This document shows, piece after piece, positions 27,648 to 32,000 of a DNA stretch of 32,000 bases. The position numbers and the translations under genes are program-made. This stretch comes from Pseudomonas aeruginosa (lineage in GTDB: Bacteria; Pseudomonadota; Gammaproteobacteria; Pseudomonadales; Pseudomonadaceae), in the NCBI RefSeq assembly GCF_001457615.1, contig NZ_LN831024.1:2220001-2252000 (forward strand), read 5' to 3'. Every line of letters starts with the position of its first letter. Positions within the stretch are counted from its first letter, which is position 1. The notes under the pieces were generated by a model. It searched no databases and was not told where the DNA came from. It worked only from the letters and a program-made list of their open reading frames with translations.

Positions 27648-28472
27648 TCAGTCGAGGAACAGGTCGGGCACCAGCGCGCCACCCTCCGGGTCGTAGCGGT
27701 ACTGCTCGAAATCGCTCTGGCCGCGCTCGCGCAGCAATTCCTCGTCGACCAGCAGGCGCCCGCTGAGGCTGCGCCCCTCGCTGGTGAGAATGGCGTGCGC
27801 GGCGTCGGCCATGATCGCCGGGGTGCGCGCGCGGCGGAAGGCGTCACGGCTGCCCAGCTCGAACTCGATGGCGGCGGTGGCGATCATGGTCTTCGGCCAC
27901 AGCGCGTTGACGCTGATGGCGTATTTCCCGAACTCCTCGTGCATCCCCAGGGTAAGCATGCTCATGCCGTACTTGGTGACCGTGTAGGGGCCGTGCTGGG
28001 CGAACCACCTGCCGGCCAGGTTGATCGGCGGCGACAGGCTGAGGATGTGGCCGTTGGCGCTCCTGCGCAGGTAGGGCAGGGCGGCCTGGCTGCAGACCAG
28101 CACCGCGCGGGTGTTGATCTGGTACATCAGGTCGAAGCGCTTGGGCTCCAGCTTCTCCACCCCGACCAGGCGGATCGCCCCGGCGTTGTTGACCAGCGCG
28201 TCGATCCCGCCGAAGCGTTCGGCGGCGCGGGCCATGGCCGCCGCCACGGCCTGCTCGTCGCGCACGTCGAGTTGCAGCGGCAGGGCCTGGCCGCCGGCGG
28301 CCTCGACCTCGGCGGCGACGCTGAAGATGGTGCCTTCCAGCTTCGGATGCGGCTCGGCGCTCTTCGCCGCGATCACCAGGTTGGCGCCATCGCGCGCGGC
28401 GCGCAGGGCTATCTCCCGGCCGATGCCGCGGCTGGCGCCGGTGATGAACAGGGTCTTGCCGTGCAGTGACAT
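27648..28472 (-). CDS. atuG: Short-chain dehydrogenase, AtuG-like
   Basis: 274 aa; SDR motif GKTLFITGASRGIGREIALRAARDGANLVIAAKSAEPHPKL; active-site region GPYTVTKYGMS. Confidence 0.88.
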   Translation of the reverse strand: MSLHGKTLFITGASRGIGREIALRAARDGANLVIAAKSAEPHPKLEGTIFSVAAEVEAAGGQALPLQLDVRDEQAVAAAMARAAERFGGIDALVNNAGAIRLVGVEKLEPKRFDLMYQINTRAVLVCSQAALPYLRRSANGHILSLSPPINLAGRWFAQHGPYTVTKYGMSMLTLGMHEEFGKYAISVNALWPKTMIATAAIEFELGSRDAFRRARTPAIMADAAHAILTSEGRSLSGRLLVDEELLRERGQSDFEQYRYDPEGGALVPDLFLD

Positions 28473-28523
28473 GGGCGTCTCCGTTTTCTTGTCGTTGTCG
28501 TTGCGGATGAGCGGCGGGTTGTC

Positions 28524-30509
28524 TCAGGCGTCGGCTTCCACCTCGACCAGCACCTGCCGGTTGCGCACCTGCTCGCCACGGCCGACCTGGACGCGGCGGA
28601 CCACGCCGTCGACTCCGGCCTTCAGCGGGTGTTCCATCTTCATTGCCTCCAGCACCAGCAGCAGTTGGCCCTTGCCGACCCGCTCGCCCTCGCCGACCAG
28701 CACCTCGACGATGGCGCCGTCCATCGGCGCCTTGAGCGTGCCGGAACTGGCGCCGGCCTGGGCGCTGGCGCCGGCGTGGGTGACGTCGAGCAGTTCGAGG
28801 TTGCCGCCGTGGCCGTATAGCCAGAGGCGCCCGCCGTCCAGGTGGTAGGCGTGGCGGCGGCGAATGCCGTCGAGTTCGGCGCTGGCCCAGCGTCCGTCGC
28901 AGTCGAGCAGGCGCACGGCGATCTCGCGTCGCTCCAGGCGCGCCAGCAGTCGCGGCCGGCGACCGCTTTCGAGGACGTCCAGGCCGATCTCCAGGCGCTG
29001 TTCGGCGTGCTTCAGGACGATCTTCCACGGTGCCCCGGCGGCGCTGCGCCAGCCGGCCAGGCCGGGCTGGTGCGCACTGGCCTCGGCGCCGGCCTGGTAG
29101 AGCAGGGCGGCGGCCAGGGCCAGTTCCTCGGCGCCCGGCTGGCGCGGTTGCAGGCTGGGGTCTTCGGCGAAGCGTTCGCCGATGAAGGCGGTGGTCGCCT
29201 CGCCGGCGGCGAAGTCCGGATGCGCCAGGAGGTTGGCGAGGAACCGCTGGTTGCCGTCGACCCCCAGCAGCACGCAGCGCTCCAGCGCGCGGATCAGCTT
29301 GCGCCGGGCTTCGTCGCGGGTCGCCCCGTAGGCGATCAGCTTGGCCAGCATCGGGTCGTAGAAGGGCGTCACCGCCTGCCCCTCGACCAGGCCATGGTCG
29401 ATGCGTACGCCGGGCAGCAGTTCCGGGTCCCAGCGCAGCACCGTGCCGGTCTGCGGCAGGAAGCCGCGACCGGCGTCCTCGGCGTAGAGGCGGACCTCGA
29501 TGGCATGCCCGCGCAGTTCCACCTGTTCCTGCCGCAGCGGCAGCGGATGGCCCTCGGCGACGCGGATCTGCCAGGCCACCAGGTCCTGGCCGGTGACCAG
29601 TTCGGTGACCGGGTGTTCGACCTGCAGGCGGGTATTCATCTCCAGGAAGTAGAAGCGGCCATCCTCGCCGAGAAGAAACTCGACGGTGCCGGCGCCCACG
29701 TAGTTGACCGAAGCCGCGGCCTTCACCGCCGCCTCGCCCATGGCGCGACGCAGGTCGGCATCGAGCACCGGGCAGGGAGCTTCCTCGATGACCTTCTGGT
29801 GGCGGCGCTGCACCGAGCAGTCGCGTTCGCCGAGGTAGAGCAGGTTGCCGTGGCGGTCGCCGAACACCTGGATCTCCACATGGCGCGGGCGCAGCACGGC
29901 CTTCTCCAGGATCAGTTCGGCGCTGCCGAAGGCGCCCAGCGCTTCCGAGCGTGCGGTGCGCAACTGGTCCAGCAGTTGGTCGGGTTCCTCCACCAGGCGC
30001 ATGCCGCGGCCGCCGCCGCCGGCGCTGGCCTTGATCATCAGTGGGTAGCCGATGCGTTCGGCCTCGCGCCGCAGGGTCGCGTCGTCCTGTTCGGCGCCTT
30101 CGTAGCCGGGGATGCACGGCACCCCGGCGGCGAGCATGGCGATCTTCGACAGGCGCTTGCTGCCCATCAGGTGGATGGCTTCCGCATCCGGGCCGATGAA
30201 GACGATCCCGGCGGCTTCGCAGGCACGGGCGAATTCGGCGTTCTCGGAGAGGAAGCCGTAGCCGGGGTGGATCGCCTCGGCGCCGCTGCGACGGGCGGCG
30301 TCGAGGATCGCCTCGATATTCAGGTAGGACTGCGCCACCGCTGCCGGGCCGATGCACACGGCCTCGTCGGCCAGTTGCACATGGCGGGCCTCGGCGTCCG
30401 CCTCGCTGTACACGGCAACGCTGCGGTAGCCCAGTTCATGGGCGGTGCGCAGCACCCGGCAGGCGATTTCACCGCGGTTGGCGACGAGGATCTTGTTGAA
30501 GCTGGGCAT
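28524..30509 (-). CDS. atuF: Geranyl-CoA carboxylase, alpha (biotin carboxylase/biotin carrier) subunit
   Basis: 661 aa; biotin carboxylase domain (FNKILVANRGEIACRVLRTAHELGYRSVAVYSEADA...GGGGRGMR) and biotinylation motif LEAMKMEHPLKAG; cluster context. Confidence 0.92.
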   Translation of the reverse strand: MPSFNKILVANRGEIACRVLRTAHELGYRSVAVYSEADAEARHVQLADEAVCIGPAAVAQSYLNIEAILDAARRSGAEAIHPGYGFLSENAEFARACEAAGIVFIGPDAEAIHLMGSKRLSKIAMLAAGVPCIPGYEGAEQDDATLRREAERIGYPLMIKASAGGGGRGMRLVEEPDQLLDQLRTARSEALGAFGSAELILEKAVLRPRHVEIQVFGDRHGNLLYLGERDCSVQRRHQKVIEEAPCPVLDADLRRAMGEAAVKAAASVNYVGAGTVEFLLGEDGRFYFLEMNTRLQVEHPVTELVTGQDLVAWQIRVAEGHPLPLRQEQVELRGHAIEVRLYAEDAGRGFLPQTGTVLRWDPELLPGVRIDHGLVEGQAVTPFYDPMLAKLIAYGATRDEARRKLIRALERCVLLGVDGNQRFLANLLAHPDFAAGEATTAFIGERFAEDPSLQPRQPGAEELALAAALLYQAGAEASAHQPGLAGWRSAAGAPWKIVLKHAEQRLEIGLDVLESGRRPRLLARLERREIAVRLLDCDGRWASAELDGIRRRHAYHLDGGRLWLYGHGGNLELLDVTHAGASAQAGASSGTLKAPMDGAIVEVLVGEGERVGKGQLLLVLEAMKMEHPLKAGVDGVVRRVQVGRGEQVRNRQVLVEVEADA

Positions 30510-30554
30510 GTCGTTCGGCTCCTGGAGGCTGTTGCCCTGTTTCGCGGTCGTGGC

Positions 30555-31349
30555 TCACTGGGCCCAGACCGGCTTGCGTTTCTGTACGAAGGCCAGGGTG
30601 CCTTCACTGCCTTCGGCGCCGCCCACCGCTTCGGCGAACTGTCGCGCCGCATCGTCCAGCAGGGCGCCGAGTTCGCCGCTTTCGCTGGCCAGCAGCAGGG
30701 CCTTGGTGGCGGCGTTGGCGTTCGGCGCGCAGCGGCGCAGTTGCTCGAGGGTTTCCTCCAGGCGCTGTTCGAGGGCATCGGCGTCGGCCTCGCAGAAATG
30801 CACCAGGCCCAGGCGCAGCGCCTCGCGGCCGTCGAAGCGGGCGGCGGTGAGGGCCAGGCGGCGGGCCTGGGTCAGGCCGATGCGGCGGACCACGAAAGGC
30901 GCGATCTGCGCCGGGAGAATGCCGAGGCTGGTTTCCGGCAGGCCGAACTGCGCATCGGCGGCGGCGATCGCTACGTCCGACACGCAGGCCAGGCCGAAAC
31001 CGCCGCCGAGCACCGCGCCTTCCACCAGCGCCACCAGCAGTTGCGGGGCGGCCTGGGCTTCCTCCAGCAGGCTGCCGAAGGCGCGGTTCAGCGTGCGGTA
31101 GGCTTCCGCCCCGGCGGCGCGGGCACCGGCCATGTCCTTGATGTCGCCGCCGGCGCAGAAGTGCCCGCCGGCGCCGCGCAGCACCAGCGCCCGCACGCTA
31201 CGGTCGTCGCGCACGGCGGCGAGCACCGCGCGCAGTTCGCCGACCATCGCCAGGCTCATGGCGTTGCGGCTTTGCGGGCGGTTCAGGGTGATCCGCAGGA
31301 CGCCCTCGATGGGTTCCAGCAGCAGGGTCTCGCAATGCGGCAGGCTCAT
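30555..31349 (-). CDS. atuE: Enoyl-CoA hydratase/isomerase family, putative isohexenylglutaconyl-CoA hydratase
   Basis: 264 aa from MSLPHCETLLLEPIEGVLRITLNRPQSRNAMS; oxyanion-hole motifs HFCAGGDIKDM and GAVLGGGFGLACVSD. ORF start at 31739 is over-extended. Confidence 0.9.
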   Translation of the reverse strand: MSLPHCETLLLEPIEGVLRITLNRPQSRNAMSLAMVGELRAVLAAVRDDRSVRALVLRGAGGHFCAGGDIKDMAGARAAGAEAYRTLNRAFGSLLEEAQAAPQLLVALVEGAVLGGGFGLACVSDVAIAAADAQFGLPETSLGILPAQIAPFVVRRIGLTQARRLALTAARFDGREALRLGLVHFCEADADALEQRLEETLEQLRRCAPNANAATKALLLASESGELGALLDDAARQFAEAVGGAEGSEGTLAFVQKRKPVWAQ

Positions 31350-31369
31350 GCCGGTTTCCTCCTGGAACG

Positions 31370-32000
31370 TCAGCCTTTCTTCTTGCCCGGCAGGATGCCC
31401 ATCAGCTTGCAGATGATGCCGAGCATGATCTCGTCGGCACCGCCGCCGATGGATACCAGGCGGGTGTCGCGGTAGGCGCGGGAGACCGGGTTGTCCCACA
31501 TGAAGCCCATGCCGCCCCAGTACTGCAGGCAGGCGTCGCTGACCTCGCGGCCGAGGCGGCCGGCCTTGAGCTTGGCCATGGAAGCCAGGCGCGTCACGTC
31601 CCTGCCTTTCACGTACAGCTCGGTGGCCTGGTAGACCAGGGCGCGCAGCGCCTCGACCTCGGTCATCATCTCGGCCATGCGGAAGTGGATGACCTGGTTG
31701 TCGATCAGCGGCTGGCCGAAGGTCCTGCGCTCCTTGCAATACTCGATGGTGACGTCGATGCAGTGCTCCAGGCCCTTGATCATGTTGGCCGCGCCGAACA
31801 GCCGTTCTTCCTGGAACTGCAGCATCTGCATCATGAAGCCGGCGCCCTCCGCGCCGATGCGGTTGCGCTGCGGTACGCGGACGTTATCGAAGAACACCTG
31901 GGCGGTCTCCGAACTGCGCATGCCGAGCTTGTCCAGGTGCGGACTGAGGGTAATGCCCGGGGTCTTCATCGGGACCACGATCAGCGACTTGTTGACGTGC
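31370..32000 (-). CDS. atuD: Acyl-CoA dehydrogenase (citronellyl-CoA dehydrogenase-like), C-terminal part; 5' end beyond window
   Basis: Frame open to window end (HVNKSLIVVPMKTPGITLSPHLDKLGMRSSETAQVFFDNVRVP...AYRDTRLVSIGGGADEIMLGIICKLMG), typical acyl-CoA dehydrogenase C-terminus. Confidence 0.9.
   Translation of the reverse strand, partial: HVNKSLIVVPMKTPGITLSPHLDKLGMRSSETAQVFFDNVRVPQRNRIGAEGAGFMMQMLQFQEERLFGAANMIKGLEHCIDVTIEYCKERRTFGQPLIDNQVIHFRMAEMMTEVEALRALVYQATELYVKGRDVTRLASMAKLKAGRLGREVSDACLQYWGGMGFMWDNPVSRAYRDTRLVSIGGGADEIMLGIICKLMGILPGKKKG

Noticed and set aside
28842-31475. 877-aa ORF on + strand
   Set aside because: Lies antisense to the well-supported atuF/atuE genes. Composition (Gly/Ala/Gln/Arg-rich, no recognisable domain) is the usual shadow ORF of high-GC3 genes.
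1-32000. Mobile element, prophage, CRISPR or defence system
   Set aside because: No transposase, integrase, phage, cas or toxin-antitoxin-like proteins and no spaced direct-repeat arrays were seen; nearly all DNA is accounted for by housekeeping or metabolic genes.

Overview
High-GC (about 66-70%) Pseudomonas chromosomal window. By gene content and order it looks like Pseudomonas aeruginosa; this is recognition from knowledge, not a database search. From left to right it holds: the C-terminus of a methyl-accepting chemotaxis protein; a small membrane protein; an SDR oxidoreductase divergent from an AraC regulator; a LysE-family exporter; an MBL-fold hydrolase; a TonB receptor plus ABC transporter operon (-) preceded by a cobalamin riboswitch; mntP (+) preceded by a yybP-ykoY (Mn) riboswitch; cobK-cbiD-cobL (-) divergent from riboswitch-cobG-cobH-cobI-cobJ (+); a periplasmic binding protein / DUF4398-type lipoprotein / OmpA-like lipoprotein operon; an RcsB-like regulator; a small exported protein; a GntR/MocR regulator; an ECF sigma/anti-sigma pair (sbrI/sbrR-like); a lipoprotein; and part of the acyclic terpene utilisation cluster (atuH-G-F-E-D, -). 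No mobile elements, CRISPR arrays, rRNA or tRNA were recognised. The points most worth a second look are: (1) a perfect Zur-like palindrome TGTTATACTATAACA between the TonB-receptor cobalamin riboswitch and the mntP riboswitch, which suggests combined zinc and cobalamin control; (2) an apparent 1-nt frameshift in cobJ; (3) an RcsB-like regulator with Glu at the expected phospho-Asp position and three perfect palindromes upstream; (4) ACTGTT-type repeats upstream of the MocR-type regulator. I found no convincing wholly new multi-gene system.
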